Shown: positions 50,252 through 62,914, numbered from the stretch's first letter. The stretch is DNA of 64,000 nucleotides from Nitrospirales bacterium (GCA_965203295.1 CBDBCZ010000017.1:1760001-1824000); one strand, 5' to 3'. Translations and numbers: made by a program. The notes: generated by a model not told the origin, from the letters alone.

Positions 50252-50791
50252 GTTGGATACTGTACAGCACCCCATCACGCCTTCCTGGTGATGTCAACTC
50301 TTGTGGTCTGTGCCCTAACCTCACCTCATTCTAACCCTATTCCAGGGCCTGGTACACTAGTAGGGCCTGATATCTAAAATCGTGATCAACTTATGTCGTG
50401 TGTGGGTAGGAATGTATGCGTGAACTGATTCAAAGGACGGTTGTGTTTTTGTACATGTTTCTGGAGAGTTTGTTTCAGTGGTAAGTCTGTGGCACAAACA
50501 GGCTATGAAGACTAGTCAAGTGACTGGTGTCACTCCTACCTTGTTTGGTTGCTTTTTTTAGATCCCTTGTCATAAGTGTTCTTTCCCTCTTTGAAATGCT
50601 TTTCGTGTGACTTGTCTCTGATGGATAGTTGTGTAGATAGTGTGGTTCTGGGATGTAGTAGTTGTTCATGGAAGGAAGTCAAAATGGATGATGTGAGTGC
50701 ATGCTGCTATAGGGGCATATAATCCTCAAACCGCATCTGTGATACAAGAATGGAAAAAAGATGATTTACGTACTAAATTCGATACACTATA

Positions 50792-50975
50792 CCATGGATC
50801 AGGAAATTTTCGCTCGTCTGTTAAATTATCACATTGGTTTGTTTTCATTGCTTTGGCACTCCGGCAGTATAGCATTATTGGTCGATGTTTGATGTTTAAA
50901 AATATTACCTTTTTTTTTTCGTCATCATAAGGTACCGACAAAATTTTATAAACGACGACAATTCCCAATCTACGG
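50792..50975. mobile_element. Short pogo-type MITE
   Basis: TA|ccatggatcaggaaattttcg ... caattcccaatctacgg|TA; termini resemble 41645-42194. Confidence 0.7.
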
Positions 50976-50991
50976 TATTTAATTAAGTAAA

Positions 50992-51623
50992 CCCTTTAAA
51001 CCCCGTAGACGTCTACATATGTCATAAATATTACATTACCGTAGACGTGTGTACACGTCATTGAATATGATCGAGACTCTACCGGAAAGTGACGCTCCAG
51101 GGAGATCCCCACTGCGGTTAGTGACGCTCCAGCGGACAGATTCTTTCATTTTAGCACTATTTTCAGGGACTTACCCAGGCAGATCACGAGAAATCCGCAA
51201 TGAATAACATCTGTTCACGAACCAATAATATACAGAGAAGAATTCTAGGCAATTGTACAGCAGTAGCAGTTCGAAAATATGACTAGCTGTCTCCTACAAT
51301 ACTCCTACAATACTGCTACAAGTCTATGGATGTCTTGCTTGTCCTTCAGGGCGTCATTTCAGTGGCGGTGCTATTTAATGATCGTTCGGTATCAACAATC
51401 CGCTGCCGCTTGGCACTTTCCTTCGGTCAATCACGTTTAAATCCGACATCAAATGAAAGCTCGGAAGCTCTTCTCTTCAGTCCTGTAGACAGTTTAGTCC
51501 AAGTCATCCCCCATCTTTCACTACAAATCCATAAACCGAACATGCTACCATCCTCGTGCCGTAATTAAATTATTCTGGTAATTGACTGATGTAATGCGCA
51601 TGCGCAATACGGGGTATAATGGG
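50992..51623. mobile_element. piggyBac-like MITE with degenerate TSD
   Basis: ccctttaaaccccgta ... tacggggtataatggg; paired subterminal ccgtagacgt motifs. Confidence 0.6.
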
Positions 51624-53012
51624 ATGATCACTACCTACAACAGTGTTAAGTAACTTATATTACATGTCAACTAATGAAGTATATGTGACTTAACCTCTTG
51701 GGACGAGCCTCACACTGGCGACTTGGCTCTACAATTGCTGTCTGTTCATCCGTTTGATACTACTACGTCACACCGACACAACACACAAAGTTCTGTATTT
51801 GCGGCCTTGCTATAAATTTTTTGACCACGTGCACGTGAGTATTATACTGAGCACACATGAGATGGCAGCAACTATATGAGGCTTCAGTGAACAATGCGAA
51901 TGGGTACACTATGCTGAATTACGGTGTACTGTAGCAACGTCGAAATATTTAAAACGTATGTTGTCGTAATGTGTGAGTGCTTCAGGTTGCATCTCGGGAA
52001 TCAAGCGTCCGATCGCCACCAAATTTTGAAGACAATCTCATCAGAAGGTATTGTTCACGAAACAGACACAATCTGAATTTTCATGGAATGCTGAATGTGC
52101 TGTGGTTTCGCTGAGTGGGTCAAAATTAGTGGAAGTGTGATATGAATTCATTGGTAGCTGCTAGACACACAAGTGTTCCGGTGACTGGGTTTAGCAGCTG
52201 GGTTTAGCAGCGGTTTAGTGAGAGATGTTGCAATAGTGTGAAATGTAACTGGTACATTAATGTTTGGAGGGCCGATGGGCTCTTTACAACTTAAAAAGTG
52301 AAATCTTCATCTCCAGTAAGTAGATGAAGGGATAGTAATGCAATATGGTATCGTGGTATCATTCCTACCTTGTTTGGGTGCTATTTTGACTTATACCTAC
52401 GTGTTTTTTCACTTTGTAAAATGCTTTTCCGTAACTTTTTATGAGGGATGGCTGTGTAGATGGTGTGTTTCTGTGAGATGGAAGTTGAAACTGTTCTATC
52501 TAATGCAAGTGTTGCTGTAGGGGTAGGATTGTCAAACCACCATCGTATTACCTATACATAATACAGAAGAGATTATGAAAAGTAAGATCGAAGTCGCGTT
52601 TACAGCCTCAGCTCCAATTGGTTGTCCACTTGGTGATGTTATGACAGTCTTCTCGCGTATTGTTGTACAATCACACTTCGGCGGATAGATGATGATGTGT
52701 GGACAGTGTATAGTGACTTGTATTAAATGCTGGATTGAATGACCGTTAGATTGTTATTGGAGTAAATGTGACAAAAGCAAATGGGAAAATCAGCGAACTG
52801 CTTTTTTGTTTGCCCTTGCGGGGAAGACCTGGCTGAGATTTGGAAACAGAGAAACCGAACACCTAGTCTACGTATAAACATACTGCAGCTGTACTTTAGT
52901 TGTGCATGGATCCGCTTTGTAATCTTACATGGAGGCCAAGGTGCTTTGCTTGTTGACTTGGGTAATATTTGCCAAAGCTTACATTACCACACTCCCTGGT
53001 TTTTAATCTCAG

Positions 53013-53157
53013 GCTCTGAAGCGCAGCAACACCGGAGCGAGTGAAATCAAAGTCTTCAAGTTTGTCCTGGCTCGAGCGTCAGCCGAGATCATGACTGGCT
53101 ACATCACAACACGCTACTGGAGGGTGCCTGAGATCATGCTGAACTGGATGTGCTATG
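53013..53157 (+). pseudogene. p38-type MAPK exon remnant, copy C: ALKRSNTGASEIKVFKFVLARASAEIMTGYITTRYWRVPEIMLNWMCY
   Basis: TGY activation motif and PEIMLNWM (p38-typical); catalytic D and DFG mutated; AG/GT intact. Confidence 0.87.
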
Positions 53158-53760
53158 GTTAGTGTCTTGGTAGAGGGGGTCGCAAACTTTGGTAACAAAG
53201 TTGTAGCTCATTTATTAACATGGCCATTAGCAGATGAGAAAGTGCAATATAGTTTGTAACATCAGCCAGTATACACTACTTACAACTAGCACACTTGACG
53301 GAACAAAAGATGCACTCCAGGCTTATTAACACACCCTAATTGCTACATTGGCAAACCCACAAATGTTTTGAGCAATGCTGCCTTTATAAGGAGGGAGCTG
53401 CACACATCATTGTTGTAGATTTCATAATGCAGAATGTGATTATGGAAGGCCAAAATAAAGGGCCTACAGCTCACTAATGAGATTGATAAGTGAATGCGCT
53501 ATTCCAGTGTGGAGCACACAGTACTGTATTTTCACCCTGCATCCGTAATTATGCGTGGAGGAAGGGGGGTAAGGAATCAATTCTGTCTGTTGTTTGTCCA
53601 GTGTGGTGGCCCTGGAGGCTGCACTTATTTCCGTCACGTATTTTACTTCAGTCCTATGGCTCTATTGTCCAATTACTATCAGTCCTATCACTCTACGTCC
53701 TATCGTCACTAGTCCTATTATTCTATTGTACCAATCCTATTGGTCTTCCGTTCTATCGTC

Positions 53761-54360
53761 ACTAGTTCTATCGTTCTTCCATCCTATCTTTACCAGTCTG
53801 TCCTGTTGTCACCAGTTCTATCGGTCTTCCATCCTATCTTTACCAGTCTGTCCTGTTGTCACCAGTTCTATCGGTCTTCCATTTTATCTTTACCAGTCTG
53901 TCCTGTCGTCACCAGTTCTATCGGTCTTCCATTTTATCTTTACCAGTCTGTCCTGTCGTCACCAGTTCTATCGTTCTTCCATCCTATCTTTACCAGTCTG
54001 TCCTGTCGTCACCAGTTCTATCGTTCTTCCATCCTATCTTTACCAGTCTGTCCTGTCGTCACCAGTTCTATCGTTCTTCCATCCTATCTTTACCAGTCTG
54101 TCCTGTCGTCACCAGTTCTATTGTTCTTCCATCCTATCTTTACCAGTCTGTCCTGTCGTCACCAGTTCTATCGTTCTTCCATCTTATCTTTTCCAGTCTG
54201 TCCTGTCGTCACCAGTTCTATCGTTCTTCCATATTATCTTTACCAGTCTGTCCTGTCGTCACCAGTTCTATCGTTCTTCCATCCTATCTTTACCAGTCTG
54301 TGCTATCGTCACCAGTTCTATCATTCTTCCATCCTATCTTTACCAGTCTGTGCTATCATC
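53761..54360 (+). repeat. Minisatellite, 50-bp unit x 12
   Basis: Unit accagttctatcgttcttccatcctatctttaccagtctgtcctgtcgtc. Confidence 0.97.
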
Positions 54361-54888
54361 ACCGCTACTATGATCATTATGCTGTCTTACCGTCACCAGT
54401 CCTATCGCTCTACTATTCCATTGCTCTTGGATCCATTAAATTTAAGTCTTATCACTCCGATGTGTCATCATCATCATAGCCCGTCAAATTATTAAAAGGG
54501 CGTGGTTGTTTGTTTGTCAAATCAGTAAATCTACGTACGTGTAGCAGCGTAGCTCATGATTATCATCAAAATGAATCGTCTTAATGCTTTTATTGTTAGT
54601 AGAATGAAAAGGTGTAAGACTAAAGCGTGGTGATCCTAAAGTGGACCGTAAGTACGGGGTGCTGTATAACCATAGTAGATACCATTCGCTGTTGTGATAT
54701 ATTTTCTGATGACACCAATTGTGTTGTGACAATGATTGCATAAAATTGGTTGTTGGAAGGTGACTGAAATGTAGTTCAGTAAGAGTTACATAAAAAGGTT
54801 ATTGGCTCATGCAAATGCAATATATGCACATGCATACAGCTATTGTAACACAATAAATGAGATTGTCAGTTTTATAATCATAGTTGTA

Positions 54889-57800
54889 TCAGTCACAAAA
54901 CTTGTCCGGCTGTTGTCTGTTTCTTTTTCCCTTGCGAATAACCGGAGGTGTATAATGCATCTTCTTCATGGGTGGAAGTTGGATGTCTTCCAGAGAATAT
55001 CTTCCAGGTGTTGGTGAAAGAGGAGAGAGAGGAGCTCGGCCGGGGGTTACTGGTACGGGGTGTCTTTCAGGTGCTGGTGGAAGAGGAGAGAGGGGAGCTC
55101 GGCCGGGGGTTGCTGGTACTGGGTGTCTTCCAGGTGCTGGTGAAAGAGGAGAGAGGGGAGCTCGGCCGGGGGTTACTGGTACTGGGTGTCTTCCAGGTGC
55201 TGGTGAAAGAGGAGAGAGGGGAGCTCGGCCGGGGGTTACTGGTACTGGGTGTCTTCCAGGCCAGGTGTTGGTGGAAGAGGAGAGAGAGGGGAGCTTGGCC
55301 GGGGGTTACTGGTACGGGGTGTCTTTCAGGTGCTGGTGGAAGAGGAGAGAGGGCAGCTCGGCCGGGGGTTACTGGTACGGGGTGTCTTTCAGGTGCTGGT
55401 GGAAGAGGAGAGAGGGGAGCTCGGCCGGGGGTTGCTGGTACTGGGTGTCTTCCAGGTGCTGGTGAAAGAGGAGAGAGGGGAGCTCGGCCGGGGGTTACTG
55501 GTACTGGGTGTCTTCCAGGTGTTGGTGGAAGAGGAGAGAGGGGAGCTCGGTCGGGGGTTACTGGTACGGGGTGTCTTTCAGGTGCTGGTGGAAGAGGAGA
55601 GAGGGGAGCTCGGCCGGGGGTTGCTGGTACTGGGTGTCTTCCAGGCCAGGTGTTGGTGGAAGAGGAGAGAGAGGGGAGCTTGGCCGGGGGTTACTGGTAC
55701 GGGGTGTCTTTCAGGTGCTGGTGGAAGAGGAGAGAGGGGAGCTCGGCCGGGGGTTACTGGTACTGGGTGTCTTCCAGGTGCTGGTGAAAGAGGAGAGAGG
55801 GGAGCTCGGCCGGGGGTTACTGGTACTGGGTGTCTTCCAGGCCAGGTGTTGGTGGAAGAGGAGAGAGAGGGGAGCTTGGCCGGGGGTTACTGGTACGGGG
55901 TGTCTTTCAGGTGCTGGTGGAAGAGGAGAGAGGGCAGCTCGGCCGGGGGTTACTGGTACGGGGTGTCTTTCAGGTGCTGGTGGAAGAGGAGAGAGGGGAG
56001 CTCGGCCGGGGGTTGCTGGTACTGGGTGTCTTCCAGGTGCTGGTGAAAGAGGAGAGAGGGGAGCTCGGCCGGGGGTTACTGGTACTGGGTGTCTTCCAGG
56101 TGTTGGTGGAAGAGGAGAGAGGGGAGCTCGGTCGGGGGTTACTGGTACGGGGTGTCTTTCAGGTGCTGGTGGAAGAGGAGAGAGGGGAGCTCGGCCGGGG
56201 GTTACTGGTACTGGGTGTCTTCCAGGCCAGGTGTTGGTGGAAGAGGAGAGAGAGGGGAGCTTGGCCGGGGGTTACTGGTACGGGGTGTCTTTCAGGTGCT
56301 GGTGGAAGAGGAGAGAGGGGAGCTCGGCCGGGGGTTGCTGGTACTGGGTGTCTTTCAGGTGTTGGTGAAAGAGGAGAGAGAGGAGCTCGGCCGGGGGTTA
56401 CTGGTACGGGGTGTCTTTCAGGTGCTGGTGGAAGAGGAGAGAGGGCAGCTCGGCCGGGGGTTACTGGTACGGGGTGTCTTTCAGGTGCTGGTGGAAGAGG
56501 AGAGAGGGGAGCTCGGCCGGGGGTTGCTGGTACTGGGTGTCTTCCAGGTGCTGGTGAAAGAGGAGAGAGGGGAGCTCGGCCGGGGGTTACTGGTACTGGG
56601 TGTCTTCCAGGCCAGGTGTTGGTGGAAGAGGAGAGAGAGGGGAGCTTGGCCGGGGGTTACTGGTACGGGGTGTCTTTCAGGTGCTGGTGGAAGAGGAGAG
56701 AGGGCAGCTCGGCCGGGGGTTACTGGTACGGGGTGTCTTTCAGGTGCTGGTGGAAGAGGAGAGAGGGGAGCTCGGCCGGGGGTTGCTGGTACTGGGTGTC
56801 TTCCAGGTGCTGGTGAAAGAGGAGAGAGGGGAGCTCGGCCGGGGGTTACTGGTACTGGGTGTCTTCCAGGTGTTGGTGGAAGAGGAGAGAGGGGAGCTCG
56901 GCCGGGGGTTGCTGGTACTGGGTGTCTTCCAGGTGTTGGTGAAAGAGGAGAGAGGAGAGCTCGGCCGGGGGTTACTGGTACTGGGTGTCTTCCAGGTGTT
57001 GGTGGAAGAGGAGAGAGGGGAGCTCGGTCGGGGGTTACTGGTACGGGGTGTCTTTCAGGTGCTGGTGGAAGAGGAGAGAGGGGAGCTCGGCCGGGGGTTA
57101 CTGGTACTGGGTGTCTTCCAGGTGTTGGTGGAAGAGGAGAGAGGGGAGCTCGGCCGGGGGTTACTGGTACGGGGTGTCTTCCAGGTGCTGGTGGAAGAGG
57201 AGAGAGGGGAGCTCGGCCGGGGGTTACTGGTACGGGGTGTCTTCCAGGTGTTGGTGGAAGAGAAGAGAGGGGAGCTCGGCCGGGGGTTACTGGTACTGGG
57301 TGTCTTCCAGGTGTTGGTGGTAGAGGAGAGAGGGGAGCTCGGCCGGGGGTTACTGGTACTGGGTGTCTTCCAGGTGTTGGTGAAAGAGGAGAGAGGGGAG
57401 CTCGGCCGGGGGTTACTGGTACTGGATGTCTTCCAGGTGTTGGTAGAAGAGGAGAGAGGGGAGCTCGGCCGGGGGTTACTGGTACTGGGTGTCTTCCAGG
57501 TGTTGGTGGTAGAGGAGAGAGGGGAGCTCGGCCGGGGGTTACTGGTACTGGGTGTCTTCCAGGTGTTGGTGGAAGAGGAGAGAGGGGAGCTCGGCCGGGG
57601 GTTGCTGGTACTGGGTGTCTTCCAGGTGTTGGTGAAAGAGGAGAGAGGAGAGCTCGGCCGGGGGTTACTGGTACTGGGTGTCTTCCAGGTGTTGGTGGAA
57701 GAGGAGAGAGGGGAGCTCGGCCGGGGGTTACTGGTACGGGGTGTCTTCCAGGTGCTGGTGGAAGAGGAGAGAGGGGAGCTCGGCCGGGGGTTGCTGGTAC

Positions 57801-59570
57801 TGGGTGTCTTCCAGGTGTTGGTGGAAGAGAAGAGAGGGGAGCTCGGCCGGGGGTTACTGGTACGGGGTGTCTTCCAGGTGCTGGTGGAAGAGGAGAGAGG
57901 GGAGCTCGGCCGGGGGTTACTGGTACTGGGTGTCTTCCAGGTGTTGGTGGAAGAGAAGAGAGGGGAGCTCGGCCGGGGGTTGCTGGTACGGGGTGTCTTC
58001 CAGGTGCTGGTGGAAGAGGAGAGAGGGGAGCTCGGCCGGGGGTTGCTGGTACTGGGTGTCTTCCAGGTGTTGGTGGAAGAGAAGAGAGGGGAGCTCGGCC
58101 AGGGGTTGCTGGTACTGATTGTCTGAGTGTCTGAATTGATGGATCTGGATGGCTGGTTGAAGTTGGTGGTATGGAGGATGGCAATGTTTTCCGCACATGG
58201 CATTTAAGAGTGGTATCGTAAACATGAAGTTCTCTGGTTTCCTACCAATTATTGCCATAAGTGGCAATTATGTGCGCTTCAGCTTCCTATAGGGAAGAGA
58301 ACAGTAAAAACTATATTGGCAATTAGTGACCCCAATGTTGCCCAAATGAACATATACAGCTAGCACGCGGCAAATTATAGAAACACCACAAAATGAAGTA
58401 GCTTCGTACCCTGGCAAGGCTTAAAACAAAGATATGGATAAAGGTAAATTCTGGTATATTTACTAAACACTTGTAATCTCTGGATGACTTCGCAAAAGGG
58501 CAGAAGATCCTGCCGTATGAATATCAAGTACCAAATGTGCTACGTACCTTAAACTTTTTTATTTCGCTACGAGGTATACATATATACCAGTTCTCTGACT
58601 TGCAATGGTGCTCAAAACAGACACCAATGATGTCATCTTGCCACGCCTAAGGCATCCTGTAGCAATGATTTGTGGGCATTACCCATAGTGAGCAACGATA
58701 CACTGGTATCCCAGCCTCATCACCACTCTCGCAAGCATTCCGAGTGCAGGGATAAAGCTGTTCACAAGAACCTTCTAAAGAACAGTTTTCAATGCTTCAA
58801 GAGCCTGGAAGTCAATAGGCAATGGTAGCTGGATCCGTGGAATATGGTTTTCTGTTGGTAGTTTCAGTGCAGGATCACATGTTCCCCAACCAGATGAAAC
58901 TGTGGGCATCTGACTCCACTAGTTTCCCTGCAAAGTGAAGTAGTTATGGTAATATCCGAGCAAATTAGTGACTGGTAGCAAATAGTAGTACCTGTGCATT
59001 CATAGATGTATCTAAACCAACAGCCCAAATAGTAGAGTCTGGCTGCTTCCCCAGAACTGTCACAGCTCGCTTTCGACCTTCTAATCATTCACTTCTGACT
59101 TCCTTAAACCTGCAGGCTCACTCTTCATAAAGACGCGAAGCTCTTAGAAACAAAGTAGCAATGTGGTTACATTAGTCAGCAGTTCATGCACTTACCAAGA
59201 GAAGCATCGCACAACAGGCAGCGTACGTCAGTGCTCAAGACTTTGTTGACCACCTTCAAAAGAAATGCTTGTGGCTTGCGAATCACCTGTACATGTGGTC
59301 ACAAATCACTCCCTGGTTAAAGAGAAGTTGAGACACTTAGTTTCGTTCATGGATATCCAGTAGTAGCCCTTGTGCAACTATAGGCACTCACATGGGTCCT
59401 AAATTACATTACAGAGAAAGGCAATTGTTGACATGACCAGGATGTTAGGCTGGGTTCGCTCTAATTACAGCCCCGTCCAATTACAAAAGGATACAGTGGC
59501 TGCAGTTTCATCAATATATCATGAAGTTGGTCTCTTGACCCAACGTGATTCCTATGTAAACTGTTCACGT
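54889..59570 (-). pseudogene. Spliced, decayed P-loop NTPase/helicase-like gene whose last exon contains the 63-bp array
   Basis: Exon remnants RKRAVTVLGKQPDSTIWAVG and NSFIPALGMLA..MRLGYQCIVAHYG*CPQIIATGCLRRGKMT (Walker A-like, 58631-58657); canonical gtaagt/ag introns; last exon from 58286 through Pro-rich repeats to RKGKRNRQQPDKFCD* (stop 54889-54891); several stops and frameshifts. Confidence 0.6.
55001..58116 (+). repeat. G-rich minisatellite, 63-bp unit x about 49, with five 70-bp variant units
   Basis: Unit cttccaggtgYtggtgRaagaggagagaggggagctcggccgggggttRctggtacKgggtgt; gccag insertions at 55260, 55645, 55841, 56226, 56611. Confidence 0.97.
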
Positions 59571-60000
59571 AAAAGTACATATTGCTATATCGCTCAGACA
59601 TTCGGTGAAACTGAGTGTGAATATTAAGGCTCAACCAGCTAACTTCTTTGAGCAGTGTTGATCAGCATGTGCTTCCATTGTGCTCTCCACTTCTCTACTA
59701 AGCCGTTCATCATGTCATTGACTGGAACAGCTTCGTTGTAAGCTTCACAAAATGCCACAATTAAATGACACCCACGCATGGTGTTTATATATTAAGACAA
59801 ACGGTCCAATAATCATGGCACTATCACCCTATGCGAAAGACTTATACCTCAGTCACTTCTTGCTGCTTGACACACCTGTATCAATCAGAGGGTATACAAC
59901 GTTCAATATTAGGCCTAGGACCAAGGTTCATAACCCTGATCAAAGCAAAAGCCTTCCACGTAGCTTAGAAGTGAACGAGTCACTTCTGTTTCTATTCATA

Positions 60001-60552
60001 CCTCATGCAGCCTTCCTCCCTCCTTTTTCTTCTTAGCCCACATGGCAGCATCGCTCAGTGCAGCTACGATGAGTGATGCGCATGAATCATCAGCTGCAGA
60101 AGGAGTTGGTTGTGAGACAGGTTTGACCAACAGTGGCTTGACCTCCACCTCCATTACTCAACCAACTCCTCAAGGATGTGCCCGAACTGAGTCTCCTGTG
60201 CCAGCTACAGATGGAATATATATTATCATTATGTAACAGGAAACTGCTTAAAAATGCTAAGAAAAAAAACAAATAACATACCTTCTCAACAAAATAGAAA
60301 AGAACCGAACAGCCAGTGGTGAGTCTTGGATCCCACCCATGCAATGAAGCGCTCTAAAGGGGAAGTATCCTGGAAACTATTTCTTTGGTTCCTGATTCCT
60401 GGAAGGATTTCTTCTTCTTAAGTGCCCACCCAACTGCATTGGAAGATTGTTTCAGAACATTTCCCCAGTTGCTGAAGGTTGTTAGCTCCACCTCATTGGT
60501 GGGCCCATCCGATGGTAGCTTAAATGGAAGGAGGAGAGCCCTAGAGCTGTAC
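60001..60552 (-). pseudogene. C-terminal exons of a probable second helicase-like paralog
   Basis: ccacag|G YSSRALLLPFKLP...RILPL*SASLHGWDPRLTTGCSVLFYFVEK|gtatgt, then tgtag|LAQETQFGHILEELVE; stops and a frameshift. Confidence 0.45.
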
Positions 60553-60641
60553 CTGTGGTATAAGGATAACAAAGGTGATTGTTGTCAACAGAGGCAATAC
60601 CAGGTGGTCATAAACTCAAACAATGTCAGTGCACATTGTAA

Positions 60642-61260
60642 GTGAATATTAATCTATTTACACTTTACTGAAGACAAAGGAAAAAGGATACAGAACACTC
60701 ACTTATTTATCTCACTAATTTATCTTTTTATTGCTTAAAAATTGTAATTTATTTTTACCCCATCATCGTGTCATACTCTGCCAAAAAATACCTTCAGAAT
60801 CAAGCCTTAAGGTGGTTATGGCACCACTCTGGACAAAGCAGGTCTGCAAGAACCTGTACGACGTAGGACCTCTGAGAACTCTGCAAACAAACGTGCTTTT
60901 GCCGTCGGATTTGTGCCGATTGCAAGCTTTATTAATGGTTATTCTCTGTTCAACGTTTTGTGAGAACTGTGCATAGGAACGTGCTATTGCCTTCGGATTT
61001 GCGCCGATTGCGAACTTTATTCTGTGTTCAATGTTGCAAATTGCTCCTGAGATGTGCGGAATACAAAGCAACATGCAGAAAATCAGTTTCTCTGGAAATT
61101 GAATATTTCCGTAAACTCGCCTCTGTAACATGTAAATAAATTTGTATGCATACGTAGAGACTTCCAGTACATTGGCGATCTGACTGATAAGTATCTTGTG
61201 AATATTAATCTATTTACGCTTTACTGAAGACAAAGGAAAGAGGATACAAAACACTCGCTT
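60642..61260 (+). repeat. Pair of 63-bp direct repeats (60642-60704, 61198-61260) flanking a segment with short internal repeats
   Basis: gtgaatattaatctatttacRctttactgaagacaaaggaaaRaggatacaRaacactcRctt occurs twice. Confidence 0.9.
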
Positions 61261-61574
61261 CACCCAAAGTGCTAAGCACAGTCAACCCTGGAGTTAGCAA
61301 ATTTACTAGCAGGGTTTCTTGCTCATTGGGGGGGGGGGCAGTAATTGCCTTCTAACTGTACCATTTACGTAGGACTTTAACTGCAAACTAGATGGAACCT
61401 TTTTGTGTTTAATTTTATGGAGCCCAGACTTTCTGAATAAGTGTTTTTTTTATCAACACTTGCGATACGGCTTTCTCCGAAAGAGTTGCAGGAGGGATTT
61501 TCTGAGTGGGCATTATGGACTCGGCTAATTCTTTTTTTTGCCTATACAAACTAGGTCACTATACATGGAGCTCT

Positions 61575-62820
61575 CTAGGCCTGTTGACTTCTACACCTTT
61601 TTGCTGAGTCACTTTGTGAAGCTTTTTCTCTAGATAGGCAACTCCTGATTTGGGAGATCAAGTGTCGGTAGTTGGCATGGCTAGTGAACATTTCTGGGAG
61701 TGCACTGGGTACGTGCTTCTTCAACTTGTACGATAGGGCATGCAGAGTGTCCCTGTATCTCACACACACACAGCAGGTCCCACCAGGACTGGGGACTACC
61801 ATGAAGCAATCTGCATGCCTTACAGTGGGCACAGGGGTGCTCACAAGGTGGGCAACAATGGCTGTACCTGTAGGATGGAAATGAATATTGGCTTTATAGC
61901 TTCAGGTTTTTGTGTGAATTATCTAACGTAGTGTTGCATACATTAAAGTATGCAGTTCAGTAAATGTATACCTGTACGATCATGGAAGTTGCCTTGCAGG
62001 ATTATGCTGGCTCAGGATTACCCTTGCAGACATGGTACTCCAGCAGAGCACCCAGGATGGCTCTGAGTGTAGCAACACTGTTAACGTGCTCTTGGCAAGG
62101 GAAGATTTCTGGTACCGTTGCTTCTCTACCCAATACCGTGAGTGTCCAACTGAGATCCTCGGCAACCCAAGACATGAGGACTGCCACTGGCTGTTGATCA
62201 GTTTCCATCTGGCAAACAATTAGCTCAGTGGATAGACTGGCTATATAAGAGTACTTTGTTGCTTCAACAAAAGATGGGGTGGTGTCTGTAAATTCACCAT
62301 CAACCAGACTAACTGTCTGACCCTTGTGTATTAGGACTGTTGGTTCCTGGAACTTGTTGCAGCAGTAGTATAGTCCTGAAAGGAATTCACCAAAGGATGG
62401 TTGAGGTACTGCTACATTAATCTACTTGTACCTTGAACTCAGAGGAGGGTTTCTTCATATTCTGCCCAATAAATCTCCTGAGACACTGGTCATTGGTATG
62501 AGAGGAATACTTCTACTGTACTGTTTTCCAGGAATCTCCAATACAAAAGCATCACAGACTGGCTGAAGAGCCTTTATGTCCTTAATGGTGGCTGCAGCTT
62601 CAGTAAAGGACTTGTTCTTGTCATCCAGGTCATTTAGAACATAGACTTTGTCTTCATCCTGAACAACAAAACTTAAAGTGGATGGCGAACTATCTACATA
62701 TTCAGTAAGCAACAAGGGGAAGTTTCCTTCTACTTGTACTTTACTATATTTACTAGAGGGGTGCGAACGGAAATAGAGCATTAACTCCCTAAGCTTGGAA
62801 ACCGTTTTTGATTAGCAGTA
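61575..62820 (-). pseudogene. Decayed coding region with Cys/His motifs like those N-terminal to invertebrate THAP9/P-element-like transposases
   Basis: W.LTVLG...VNSVATLRAILGALLEYHVCKGNP; TVRHADC..C..C.RYRDTL; TSHANYRHL; internal stops; no catalytic core visible. Confidence 0.5.
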
Positions 62821-62914
62821 TGACTCCCCATTATGAATATGGATGCCATCCATCCATTCGTCCTCCATCCATACACACATACATACATGAGATATGCATA
62901 CAACCATATTGACA

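Noticed and set aside
40755..53157. Functional p38 MAPK gene
   Set aside because: Only one exon type present, catalytic Asp and DFG lost, and no other kinase subdomains found
53594..54495. Three overlapping ORFs of 207-259 aa
   Set aside because: Artefacts of the 50-bp tandem repeat cycling through all frames
53761..58116. CRISPR array interpretation of the tandem arrays
   Set aside because: No unique spacers, no cas genes, eukaryotic context
54948..58134. Long + strand ORFs (up to 681 aa) across the 63-bp array
   Set aside because: Stop-free frames arise automatically from a 63-bp unit; only the minus-strand Pro-rich frame connects to flanking exon-like sequence
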